Positions 9,880-18,628 of a stretch of 64,000 nucleotides of DNA are shown one piece after another. Under the pieces are notes generated by a model, which saw only the letters and a list, made by a program, of their open reading frames with translations, was not told the DNA's origin and searched no databases. This DNA comes from Ignavibacteria bacterium RIFCSPLOWO2_12_FULL_56_21 (lineage in GTDB: Bacteria; Bacteroidota; Ignavibacteria; UBA10030), in NCBI GenBank assembly GCA_001802945.1, contig MHAK01000075.1, positions 4,053 through 68,052 of the forward strand, written 5' to 3'. Both the position numbers and the translations under genes were made by a program. Position 1 is the stretch's first letter. Each line of letters starts with the position of its first letter.

Positions 9880-9988
9880 CTAGTGCCGCTCCCACTATTA
9901 AAGTTTGTGTGGGAGCGAGCACTAGTGCACGTTTCCAATGCTTTAAATCAAGTGGAATGCAAGGTTAATTATTGGAAACGGCACTAGT
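9880..9988 (-). promoter_or_regulatory. Two overlapping imperfect inverted repeats (mutually exclusive stem-loops) in an AT-rich spacer between the PP2C gene stop and the cytochrome c start
   Basis: SL1: CTAGTGCCGCTCCCAC (9880-9895) pairs with GTGGGAGCGAGCACTAG (9909-9925). SL2: ACTAGTGCACGTTTCCAAT (9921-9939) pairs with ATTGGAAACGGCACTAGT (9971-9988). Both use the ACTAG at 9921-9925. Function unknown. Confidence 0.4.
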
Positions 9989-11678
9989 TCCGGCGCGCGA
10001 TGAGGAGCGTTAGATCGTCCCGCAACGGCAGATCGCCGCAAAACGCGCGAACAGACCTTTCGATGGCATCGGCGAGGTGGGTCGCAGTAAGGCTTCTATT
10101 GCGGAGCACGCATTCTTCCAGACGTTCCTGTCCATACAGTTCGCCCGCCGCATCCACCGCCTCAGTCACGCCGTCCGAAAAAACTACAACGGTATCGCCC
10201 GGGGACATCGGCACAGCCTCCTCTTCAAAGAAGAGGTCGTCGAGGATGCCGAGAATGGTCCCCCCCATGGTCAATCTGCGAAGCTCTCCCGAGGATGTCA
10301 CAAGGATCGGCTGTTCATGTCCCGCGCTCGAATACACGAGCCAATGCTTGGACGCGTCGATGATGCCGTAGAACAGGGTCACGAATTTTCCTTCGGAAAT
10401 GCTTTGACGAAGAAGTCTGTTCGTCCTTTGGAGTATCCTGCGGGGAGTCGCCCCGACCAGCTGGTTACTGCGGAGGATCGCCTGAAGGTTCGCCATGAGC
10501 AGCGCCGCCGGCAATCCTTTTCCCGTGACATCTCCCAAACACAAGGCCGTGCGAAACTCATCGATGGCGATGAAGTCGAAATAGTCGCCGCCGACCCATT
10601 GCGCCGACGTCGTCCGGCCGACGATATCGTATCCTTCAATATTTGGGGGAGCCTGGGGAAGCAGGCTCATTTGCACATTGCGGGCGGCTGACAGTTCCTT
10701 CTCGAGCGCGATCGACTGGCGCTCGAGTGCATAAAAGCGCGCATTTTCGAGCGCGAGCGCGCTGTGGACGGATAATGCGGAAATGAGCTCTTCGTCTTCC
10801 TGCGTAAACACTCCTTCCCGCTTATTGAGAAGCTGGAGTACGCCGATCGTGCGGCCGTCTTTGTTCCTTACCGGCAGACACAGGATAGACCGTGTGCGGT
10901 AGCCCGAGCGTGCATCGAATTCCGGATTGAAGCGCGGGTCGAGATACGCGTCGTCGATGCGAAGGCTCTCGCCCGAGGCGGCGACGGTGCCGGCAATGCC
11001 GCGGCCTACCGGAAGACGGATCTCGACGAGCTTGGAGCCGCGGAGAATCTTCGACCAAAGCTCATGTTTCGCCTCATCGAGAATATACAGCGTGCCTCCC
11101 TCGGCGTCGACCGTTTTCAGCGCGGCGTCGAGGATGATCTGGAGGAGGAGGTCGAGATCGAGCGTGGAATTGACGTTGCGGGCTGCGTCGATCAGGCGGC
11201 GAAGCTTAAGTACTTCGGCGGCATCGGCGGTGGCAATGCGTCCGATCTGATGGACGTGATGATGACTGAGCGCCCGCAATCGCACACTAAGGACCTGCAG
11301 CAATCGCTGGGCGACATCGGGATGTTCGGTCAGGAGTTCCACAAAGGCGGTCCGGGGAAGCTCATACGTAACGACGTTGTCCAGAGCGATAACATCGGAT
11401 GAGCTGTGACGTCCGTCGAGAAGTTCCAGTTCCCCGAAGAAATCGCCGATGTGGCGGATGGCGAGGAGAGTTTGTTCTCCGCTGCGGTCAGCGCTGAGCT
11501 TGACGCGCCCCTCGGCAATGAGATTGATGCCGTCCGGAACCGTGTTGCGTCCCAGGATCGTCGTCCCGGCCGGCCAGCGCCTTTCGATGAGCAAAGGACG
11601 TAATCGCTCGAACGTGTCGTCGCCGACAGTCTCAAACAGAAGATTGTACCGGACCCGGTCGCCGGGAGATCGATGCAT
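9984..11678 (-). CDS. Cyclic-nucleotide-binding + GAF + PP2C (SpoIIE/RsbU-type) serine phosphatase
   Basis: N-terminal cNMP-binding fold (GDFFGELELLDG). GAF region (LDLDLLLQIILDAALKTVDAEGGTLYILDE...GIAGTVAASGE). PP2C/SpoIIE block (GGDYFDF...GDVTGKGLPAALLMANL...SAGHEQPIL...VVFSDGVTEA...DDLTLLIARR). Confidence 0.85.
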   Translation of the reverse strand: MHRSPGDRVRYNLLFETVGDDTFERLRPLLIERRWPAGTTILGRNTVPDGINLIAEGRVKLSADRSGEQTLLAIRHIGDFFGELELLDGRHSSSDVIALDNVVTYELPRTAFVELLTEHPDVAQRLLQVLSVRLRALSHHHVHQIGRIATADAAEVLKLRRLIDAARNVNSTLDLDLLLQIILDAALKTVDAEGGTLYILDEAKHELWSKILRGSKLVEIRLPVGRGIAGTVAASGESLRIDDAYLDPRFNPEFDARSGYRTRSILCLPVRNKDGRTIGVLQLLNKREGVFTQEDEELISALSVHSALALENARFYALERQSIALEKELSAARNVQMSLLPQAPPNIEGYDIVGRTTSAQWVGGDYFDFIAIDEFRTALCLGDVTGKGLPAALLMANLQAILRSNQLVGATPRRILQRTNRLLRQSISEGKFVTLFYGIIDASKHWLVYSSAGHEQPILVTSSGELRRLTMGGTILGILDDLFFEEEAVPMSPGDTVVVFSDGVTEAVDAAGELYGQERLEECVLRNRSLTATHLADAIERSVRAFCGDLPLRDDLTLLIARRN

Positions 11679-11696
11679 GGGTGGAGGCGAACCCGA

Positions 11697-12143
11697 TTAG
11701 CGCAGGTTGGTGGGAGATTGGGATGGTCCCTGCTTCCGTCCCGACTGTAGCTTCTCGCCGATCCAGGCACCAAAGAGGCTGAGCAGACCGACGATGACGG
11801 CCGTCACTATCATTGGCATCAACGTCTGTGCGCCGCGTACGTGCGGTGAGGAAAAATGAAACACAAAAAACCAGCCAACCATGAGAAAAACGCCGGCAAC
11901 TGCGGGTTCTCGGATCGTCACTCCGGGCGAGAGGAAGCCGGCCACTCCGGCAACGATGACGACTCCGGCGAAAGACCAGATACCCACGAAGAGATTTCCG
12001 ATCTCCGGCGGCAAGACGCCGCTTAGGAGACCTCCGACGAGATAGATCGGCAAGAAATACAGGAACAAGAAGAGTACGAGCGTCAATCCTACCCAATTCC
12101 AGTCGAAGCCCGGATGCTCAGGTTGTAGTGCAGGTTGATCCAT
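11697..12143 (-). CDS. Hypothetical integral membrane protein (about 4 TM helices)
   Basis: 148-aa ORF, 18 nt upstream of the PP2C gene on the same strand. Four clear hydrophobic stretches. No recognisable motif. Confidence 0.5.
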   Translation of the reverse strand: MDQPALQPEHPGFDWNWVGLTLVLFLFLYFLPIYLVGGLLSGVLPPEIGNLFVGIWSFAGVVIVAGVAGFLSPGVTIREPAVAGVFLMVGWFFVFHFSSPHVRGAQTLMPMIVTAVIVGLLSLFGAWIGEKLQSGRKQGPSQSPTNLR

Positions 12144-12190
12144 CTCGATCTCCAGGTGGACGGTTGGCGCATGAAGATACGTGAATCTTC

Positions 12191-12628
12191 TCAGAAAAAC
12201 TTTACGCGGCAGTGTTTACAGCGTTGGCCGGGCCAGGGAGAAACGCCCATGTACCGACCGCAGTTTGTGCATCGCCACAGGACCCAGTCAACGAGCACGA
12301 CTCCGATGAACATCAATCCGATGAGGCCAAAGGACACCTCCGGGCCGTTAATCTCGTAGTTTGGTCCGAGGACAACCGCGGTCAATGCGAACCCGAAAAA
12401 GAAGAAAATTCGAAAGACCATATTGCTGGTCATTTTCTGCTTCGCCTTCGGAGCCGGCTTTTGCAACTTGGGGGCGTATCGGGCCGACGAGAACTGGCCC
12501 CCTCCCGGGGCCGGCGGTTTCTGGCCGGGTACCGCAGGAGGACGCATTCCGGGCGGGACTGGCGGACGCATGCCGGGCGGCACGGGGGGCCGCTTTCCCG
12601 GAGGGCCGGATGGAGGGCGTAAAGCCAT
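12191..12628 (-). CDS. Hypothetical membrane protein: Pro-rich N-terminus, 2 TM helices, C-terminal zinc ribbon (WRCxxCG...CxxC)
   Basis: N-terminus has an 8-aa repeat (PPGKRPPV PPGMRPPV PPGMRPPA VPGQKPPA). C-terminus WRCTNCGRYMGVSPWPGQRCKHCRVKFF. Paralogous to both halves of the 12721-13302 product. Confidence 0.6.
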   Translation of the reverse strand: MALRPPSGPPGKRPPVPPGMRPPVPPGMRPPAVPGQKPPAPGGGQFSSARYAPKLQKPAPKAKQKMTSNMVFRIFFFFGFALTAVVLGPNYEINGPEVSFGLIGLMFIGVVLVDWVLWRCTNCGRYMGVSPWPGQRCKHCRVKFF

Positions 12629-12720
12629 GAAGCTAAGGTAAGGGATATTTCGGATTTATGAAGTGGGGTGATTGGTTAAACGGTCAACTGATTACTCCAT
12701 ACTCTCCGCGATCTTCGCTT

Positions 12721-13302
12721 TCATCCCCATAAACCACTGCCGCACTTCTTGCACGTCATCCCCGGCCAGATGCCGCGCGGAAGATATCCTCTGCAGTTCG
12801 GACACCTCCACAACCGCCATTCGATCCATGCGGTTATGGCGGCAGTACCGAACACGATCCAAAGAAATGTGCTTTCGGGTATTTGTCCGTGCGCGGCAAG
12901 GATGATGAACAACACGAGTAAAGCGGTGCCTGCGAGAAAGCGGACAAGGACGATCATCAAGATCGATCGTCGCGGTCGAAGCTCCACCTCGATACCCGTG
13001 TTTTGTTCCGCCGTGGTGTCGAGTCCGAAGATCGCTTCGCCGCACCGTTCGCAATAATCGGGACGGACCGCATTCCCAGGATACTTGCCGCACTGAGGAC
13101 ACCGCCAAAAAGCCAGCGTCAATCCGGCATAGCCAAGGGCAAAAAAGGCGAACAGCATCATGCCCGGCGTGACAGTCAGGATGCCGGCAAGCCAGATAAC
13201 ATGGGACAGGAGTGCGCCGATCAACGTGGTCAAACGCAGTCGGTATATCCAAACGATCTTCCGGGGAAGCTCGCTTTCACCGGAGAAGAGTCCTGAGAAC
13301 AT
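12721..13302 (-). CDS. Hypothetical membrane protein with an internally duplicated 2TM + zinc-ribbon module
   Basis: Two copies of the module: ...LTLAFWRCPQCGKYPGNAVRPDYCERCGEAIFG and ...WIEWRLWRCPNCRGYLPRGIWPGMTCKKCGSGLWG, each preceded by two hydrophobic helices. Confidence 0.6.
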   Translation of the reverse strand: MFSGLFSGESELPRKIVWIYRLRLTTLIGALLSHVIWLAGILTVTPGMMLFAFFALGYAGLTLAFWRCPQCGKYPGNAVRPDYCERCGEAIFGLDTTAEQNTGIEVELRPRRSILMIVLVRFLAGTALLVLFIILAAHGQIPESTFLWIVFGTAAITAWIEWRLWRCPNCRGYLPRGIWPGMTCKKCGSGLWG

Positions 13303-13373
13303 TGAGAGAGGGAGATCCGGAAATGGAATGTTGGAATAGTGGAAAGGTGCAACTGTTTTCCTGCATCTGTCCC

Positions 13374-13610
13374 CTATTTCATTTTCAACACTGCCAGTAG
13401 TTTGCGCTTTGATCGTTCAGGAAGCTTTGGTGTCTGTTCAATGCGATACAAATGCACGGTCTTCTTTACGCTGTCGAGGTATGCGTAACAATTCGGGCAT
13501 TCCCGGATGTGCTTCTTGATCGCGCGGCAGCGGGCGGTGTCGAGCTGAGAGTCCAGATTGTCGCAAATGTGCTTCGCGACCTGGGAGCATTTGATGAGTT
13601 TCTTCTTCAT
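13374..13610 (-). CDS. Small soluble zinc-binding anti-sigma factor (ZAS, zf-HC2 type)
   Basis: 78 aa, no TM segment. H-x3-C-x2-C motif (HIRECPNC) plus upstream Cys residues (C8, C17, C28). 4-nt overlap with the upstream ECF sigma gene. Confidence 0.75.
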   Translation of the reverse strand: MKKKLIKCSQVAKHICDNLDSQLDTARCRAIKKHIRECPNCYAYLDSVKKTVHLYRIEQTPKLPERSKRKLLAVLKMK

Positions 13611-14230
13611 GATCTCATGTATCCGTCAAGTTGGTTGCGCAGGAACGCCCGGGCGCGATGAAGCCGCGATTTCACGGCGGGGACGCTCAATTTCAGGATC
13701 TTGGCTGTTTCTTCCGCCGACCGTTCCTCGACGTCCCTCAGCAGGAACACCATACGATAATCCGTCGGCAGTTTTGCTATCGCACGGTCGAGAGTGGCGC
13801 GCATCTCGTGCTGCAGTACGCCGTCCAAAGGCGTCGAGCGCCACGCGGGAAGCGTTTGCACTATGTGCCCTTCATCGTCCCGGCCCGGATTGTCGGTGAA
13901 TCCTTCTGGCGCGTCGATACTGACTGAAGCGCGCGAAAGCTTCGACTTCCGGGTTTTCATCAGATAGTTGTTCGCCACGATCCGGTAGAGCCAGGTCGAG
14001 AACTTTGATTTGCCGTCGAACTGGTTCAGCTTACGGAAAACGTTGACGAACGTGTCCTGATAGAGCTCCTCAGCCATTTCCCTGTTGCGGGAGAGCTTGA
14101 AGGCGAATTTGAAGACCAGGTCCTGATAACGTCTCACGAGACTTTCAAAAGCCTGCGAGTCACCGCCCCGGGCACGGGAGATGAGCGCAAGATCTTCGCG
14201 TGTGTCGTATGTGGTGCCGGATGACTTCAT
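13607..14230 (-). CDS. ECF-type RNA polymerase sigma factor (sigma-70 family, regions 2 and 4)
   Basis: Region 2: FESLVRRYQDLVFKFAFKL...AEELYQDTFVNVFRKL...FSTWLYRIVANNYL. Region 4: LPTDYRMVFLLRDVEERSAEETAKILKLSVPAVKSRLHRARAFLR. ATG at 14230 is preferred over the track start at 14302. Confidence 0.85.
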   Translation of the reverse strand: MKSSGTTYDTREDLALISRARGGDSQAFESLVRRYQDLVFKFAFKLSRNREMAEELYQDTFVNVFRKLNQFDGKSKFSTWLYRIVANNYLMKTRKSKLSRASVSIDAPEGFTDNPGRDDEGHIVQTLPAWRSTPLDGVLQHEMRATLDRAIAKLPTDYRMVFLLRDVEERSAEETAKILKLSVPAVKSRLHRARAFLRNQLDGYMRS

Positions 14231-14395
14231 GAGTTGGATGATGAAAGGATACGGAAGGATTCCCGAAATTAATATAGCCGGCGAATCCTTTCCACCCTTC
14301 ATGCATCATACTTGAGAATCCCGCTGAATGCGTGCACGAGAGAATGAGCAGCAAAACCTAGGATATTGAAACGAATTACCATCAAGGAGTACCAC

Positions 14396-14764
14396 ATGTC
14401 GATCCATCTCAATCGTGAACAGTTCATTCAGAAAGTCTTCGATTACGAGAAGAACAAAGAATGGAAATACCAGGGCGACCTCCCGGCGGTCATCGATTTC
14501 TGGGCTCCATGGTGCGGTCCCTGCCGCATGGTCGGTCCCATTCTCGATGAGCTCTCCAAAGAGTATGAAGGGAAGATCCACGTCTACAAAGTGAATGTTG
14601 ACGACGAACAGGAAGTTGCCGGGGTCTTTGGCATCAGAAGCATTCCGTCGATGCTGTTCGTTCCGGCCGCGGGCGAGCCAAAAATGGCCGTCGGCGCGCT
14701 CCCCAGAGATGCTTTAAAACAGGCGATCGAGGATGAACTCCTGAAAGTTCAAGCTGCATCGTAA
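14396..14764 (+). CDS. trxA: Thioredoxin
   Basis: Active site WAPWCGPC, then VYKVNVDDEQEVAGVFGIRSIPSMLF. ATG at 14396 is preceded by AAGGAG at 14384-14389; the track's TTG at 14366 is less likely. Divergent from the sigma/ZAS operon. Confidence 0.9.
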   Translation: MSIHLNREQFIQKVFDYEKNKEWKYQGDLPAVIDFWAPWCGPCRMVGPILDELSKEYEGKIHVYKVNVDDEQEVAGVFGIRSIPSMLFVPAAGEPKMAVGALPRDALKQAIEDELLKVQAAS

Positions 14765-14921
14765 CGCACATGGATCTTGACCTTTATCCAGTATTCCTTG
14801 GCGCCTTGGCATGATACGATCTTCTTAGGTCGTGGGGTTCCCCGGCCTCGCCCGAGGCCGGTCTCGGCCGAGGGCGGGCTTGGCGGTATTCTTCAATCAA
14901 AGTAGGTGCGTGAGTATCCTG

Positions 14922-14957
14922 CCCTCCGGTCTGCAAAAAACCGGGGGGCTTTTTTTT
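14922..14957 (+). terminator. Rho-independent terminator downstream of thioredoxin
   Basis: Stem CCCTCCGG (14922-14929) pairs with CCGGGGGG (14941-14948), with one G-U pair, followed by C + T8 (14949-14957). An A6 run in the loop makes it potentially bidirectional. Confidence 0.7.
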
Positions 14958-14993
14958 GTACCTTTGTCTTTCTCACCGGAGACGACGTCGAAA

Positions 14994-15361
14994 ATGTCCA
15001 GAATCTTTTCCATCGCACTTTTTACTCTGCTCGGCCCGGGAATGTTGTCCGCACAAACGCCGTCGCCGACGGCTTTGGATTCCCTCTACCTCAAGAACGC
15101 AGCCTACGCCCGACTGACGTCCTTCTGGGACATCTACCCCGCGCAAAAAGCGGACGTTGTGATGCTGGGAAATTCGATCACCCAAGGCGTCGCCTGGAAC
15201 GAACTCCTCCAGCGTCCGATGATCCTGAATCGTGGGATCTCCGGAGACAACCTGGTCGGATTTCTTCACCGCATGAAATATATCACCCGCCTGCCGGCTA
15301 TACCGTTTGGAGCGAGATGCTTGAGCCGGTTCTGGTCAAATACGGCAGTGCGCGTCCCTGA
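14994..15361 (+). pseudogene. SGNH/GDSL hydrolase remnant with an internal frame-shifting deletion
   Basis: From the ATG at 14994: signal-like MSRIFSIALFTLLGPGMLSAQ, block I VVMLGNSITQG, block II NRGISGD. The frame then degenerates after HRMKYI. A different frame continues with a block V-like end, HPPAGYTVWSEMLEPVLVKYGSARP*. The GxND block is absent, and the 368-nt span is not a multiple of 3. Confidence 0.5.
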
Positions 15362-15412
15362 GCATTGTGCGAAGTATCACTCGGATTGCTTTCGGCCTAA
15401 TTCCTCGCTAAT

Positions 15413-18400
15413 GTGACCATCCACCGGGAAATCCACATTACCTTCGTGCTTCGAACACTCCCCCTCATAGCCGCGATATCCCTTCTTTTCTCCTTCCGGA
15501 GTCAAGGCCAGGTAGCTTATTCGTCGGCCGGCGATCCCTTCCTTTCGTATTCTTGGACGGTCAACAACGGACTTCCACAAACAAGTGTGAACGCGATCCT
15601 TCAAAACGCCGAAGGATACCTCTGGCTCGGCACATATGGGGGGCTTGTGCGTTTTGACGGCGTTCAGTTCAAAGTGCTTTCGAAGGTGAGCATCGGCGAG
15701 TTGCAGACCTACCGCGTCCTCAGCCTGCTCGAAGGGAAGGACAGCTCGCTTTGGATCGGCACCGAAGCATCGGGTCTCCTTCTCTTTAAGAAAGGGCTCT
15801 TCACGCCGATCCAATTCGAAGGCGGGCGTGATTTCGAGGGTCCAGTGGGTACGTTGTCGATGGATTCCACAGGAACCATATGGGTGGGAATGCAACGCGG
15901 GGGTCTTTTCAGGGTTGTCAATGACGGCAAGGGAGGGTACACACTTCTGCATACGCCGTTGCAGCCGCAATTTTCCAGGCCGGGAGTGACGTGCCTCTGG
16001 AGCGACTTAGATGGAAGTTTGTGGATCGGCGGTACAGGTGCTCTTGCGCATCTCCAGGGAGCGGCTGTCACGACGTACACATTGTCGGTGATAGATTCCT
16101 CGGTTAACGTCGTCGCAATGTCCCGTGACATCGCGGATGTCGTCTGGTGTACGACAAGCGACCGAAGGATCTTTCGGATTGTCGGGGAGGCCGCCGAGCG
16201 GTATCCTGAGGAGCGGCTGCACGATTCGTACGCATTTGACGAAGTTGTTGACCGCACCCGCCCCGAGCGTTTTCTGGCTTCCATCACGGGCCTGCTGCGA
16301 TACCATCAGGGCCGGTTCTATAGCATGGGAACGCCGCAATGGAACAATGGGTGGACTTTACGAACGAACTTCATCGACAGGGAAAACAATATCTGGTTCG
16401 GGTCGAACACCGAAGGGCTGATGCGCTTCCGGCGGGCGACATTTACAATGCACTCCGTGCTCGGACCCGTACAAAACATCACATCGCTCTCGCGGGGTGC
16501 CGGCGGAGTGATCTGGGTCGGATTGAATTGCGGCGGTGTAGGAGTGTTGAATGTCAACGGAACGCCCATGAGGCATCCTGTTTCCGACCTGATGGAGGAG
16601 CACTGCGTCTGGAGCGTGCTCGAAGACCGACGCGGTATGCTCTGGATCGGCACGTGGGGTTCCGGTGTGTTCGAACTTGATCCGCGGCGGCCTGGGGCCA
16701 CCGTGCGCCGTCATTCACGCACGACTGGTTTTCCGGCCGATGTCGTGGTGGCCGCATTGGAATCCGCCGACGGCGCCATCTGGTTCGGAACGATTGACGC
16801 GGGGCTCATTCGGTACTCCGCCGGCTCCGTTCGTGCATGGACCACCGCCCACGGACTCCCCGGCAATGAAGTGCGAGCACTGTACGAAGAAGCGCCCGGC
16901 CGCCTGTGGATCGGGACAAATCGTGGTCTCGCTCTTCTTCAAAACGATTCCGTGATGACTTTCGGAAACGGTACAGGCATGCCGGCCGCCGCCGTACGTG
17001 TGATCACAAAGGACTCTGCCGGGACACTGTGGATCGGAACATACGGTTCGGGCATCGTTGGGTCGGATGGTGAGCGATTCGTGCCGATAACATCGAATGA
17101 AGGCCTGTATGACAATGTGGTCTCGCACATCGTTCAGGACCGGAATGGTTTCCTGTGGATGGGATGCAATCGCGGCATCTGGAAGAGCCCCGTTGCAGAA
17201 CTCCGCGCGGTCTTCGACGGACGGCTTTCGCGGGTGACAAGCATTTTCTACGGGCTGGATGACGGACTGGAGACTCTTGAAACGAACGGTGGATTCCTTC
17301 CTACAAACCTCCGCACCGAAGATGGAGACGTTTGGATTCCGACGACCCACGGCGTTGCGCGGGTACATCTCGCGGAAATTCGGGCAAACGTACTTCCTCC
17401 CCCGGTGCACATCGAACGCATCACTCTGGACGGCATCGAGACGGATCACTCACGACCGATCGATGTGCACTATGATGTGCAGGATGTCGCAATCCAGTAC
17501 GCAGCCCTCAGTTTTGTTGCGCCACAGAAGATCCAGTTCCGGTACAGGCTTGCAGGATTCAATCGGGATTGGGTCCAGGCGGGCGACCGTCGGGCTGCCT
17601 ACTTTTCCCATGTCACTCCGGGAACGTACAAGTTTCAAGTTGTGGCAGCGAACAACGACGGCATTTGGAACGAAGACGGAGCCGAGGTAACGATCACGTT
17701 TGATGCTCCTTACTGGGAAACGTGGTGGTTTCGACTCCTCATCGTGGTCGCTCTCATGAGTATGGGTATGCTCGTCGTTTCATCGCGCCTTCGCAGCATC
17801 CGGGTCCAGAAGGAGCACCAGGAGGACACATCCCGTCAGCTCATCGAGAGCCAGGAAGAAGAACGTCAGCGGATCGCCGGGGAACTGCATGACGGACTTG
17901 GCCAGGAGCTCATCGTTGCAAAGAATCGTGCGCTGCTCGCAGCCCACTACTTGCCGGAGGACTCCGAAGCCCGGAAAGAGATCGTGCAAGTGGCCGACGC
18001 CCTGACGAATGCGCTCAAGAACGTTCGCTCCATCGCGTACAATTTGCGTCCGTTCCAGCTTGACCGGCTCGGGCTCACGGAAACGCTTCGTTCGACTGTT
18101 CGCACCATCCAACCGGCGACATCGATCACGTTTGAAACGGAAATTACCAACGTCGACGGCCTGTTGCCGCGTGAGGCGGAAATCGGGCTTTTCCGGATAC
18201 TTCAGGAAGCATTGAACAACGTCGTCAAGCATTCCGCCGCAACGCGGGCATCGGTCATCATTACGAAGGACGAAGAGACCGTCGTCTTACGAGTGCAGGA
18301 CGACGGCAAGGGATTCGAACACGGCGTTACGGCGGGGGGCAAGCCGGCTTACGGATTCGGCCTTTCGGGGATCATCGAGCGTGTCCGCATGATGGACGGG

Positions 18401-18490
18401 ATGTATAAGATCGCATCCGTTCCGGGAGGTGGGACGACCGTAGCTGTACGGATACCGGTGAGCATTCCTAAGCCGCCGCTAGCCCTGTAG
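15413..18490 (+). CDS. Sensor histidine kinase with periplasmic beta-propeller repeats + Y_Y_Y domain, HisKA_3/HATPase (NarL-class)
   Basis: Many two-component-regulator propeller repeats (LWIGT/WFGT/LWMGC). Y_Y_Y region: IQFRYRLAGFNRDWVQAGDRRAAYFSHVTPGTYKFQVVAANNDGIWNE. A TM helix, then the H-box IAGELHDGLGQELIVAK. ATPase lid: YGFGLSGIIERVRMMDG. Confidence 0.85.
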   Translation: MTIHREIHITFVLRTLPLIAAISLLFSFRSQGQVAYSSAGDPFLSYSWTVNNGLPQTSVNAILQNAEGYLWLGTYGGLVRFDGVQFKVLSKVSIGELQTYRVLSLLEGKDSSLWIGTEASGLLLFKKGLFTPIQFEGGRDFEGPVGTLSMDSTGTIWVGMQRGGLFRVVNDGKGGYTLLHTPLQPQFSRPGVTCLWSDLDGSLWIGGTGALAHLQGAAVTTYTLSVIDSSVNVVAMSRDIADVVWCTTSDRRIFRIVGEAAERYPEERLHDSYAFDEVVDRTRPERFLASITGLLRYHQGRFYSMGTPQWNNGWTLRTNFIDRENNIWFGSNTEGLMRFRRATFTMHSVLGPVQNITSLSRGAGGVIWVGLNCGGVGVLNVNGTPMRHPVSDLMEEHCVWSVLEDRRGMLWIGTWGSGVFELDPRRPGATVRRHSRTTGFPADVVVAALESADGAIWFGTIDAGLIRYSAGSVRAWTTAHGLPGNEVRALYEEAPGRLWIGTNRGLALLQNDSVMTFGNGTGMPAAAVRVITKDSAGTLWIGTYGSGIVGSDGERFVPITSNEGLYDNVVSHIVQDRNGFLWMGCNRGIWKSPVAELRAVFDGRLSRVTSIFYGLDDGLETLETNGGFLPTNLRTEDGDVWIPTTHGVARVHLAEIRANVLPPPVHIERITLDGIETDHSRPIDVHYDVQDVAIQYAALSFVAPQKIQFRYRLAGFNRDWVQAGDRRAAYFSHVTPGTYKFQVVAANNDGIWNEDGAEVTITFDAPYWETWWFRLLIVVALMSMGMLVVSSRLRSIRVQKEHQEDTSRQLIESQEEERQRIAGELHDGLGQELIVAKNRALLAAHYLPEDSEARKEIVQVADALTNALKNVRSIAYNLRPFQLDRLGLTETLRSTVRTIQPATSITFETEITNVDGLLPREAEIGLFRILQEALNNVVKHSAATRASVIITKDEETVVLRVQDDGKGFEHGVTAGGKPAYGFGLSGIIERVRMMDGMYKIASVPGGGTTVAVRIPVSIPKPPLAL

Positions 18491-18628
18491 AATGGAGTGC
18501 ATGCTGCCGGACGTGCTGATGCCGAAGTCCTGGCGCCCCTCTGCTTTCATGTGTACAGTCCCTTTAATGCGGACCCCGGTGACCGGCGTGTCTGCGTCGC
18601 ACATCTAAATGGACTCACAAAAAATTCC

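Noticed and set aside
14841-14880. GC-rich palindromic stretch (CCGGCCTCGCCCGAGGCCGG...) after thioredoxin, as a REP-like element or small RNA
   Set aside because: I could verify only one short perfect hairpin (CCGGCCTCG/CGAGGCCGG). I found no second copy in the window, and the real terminator lies further downstream. This is insufficient evidence for a repeat family.
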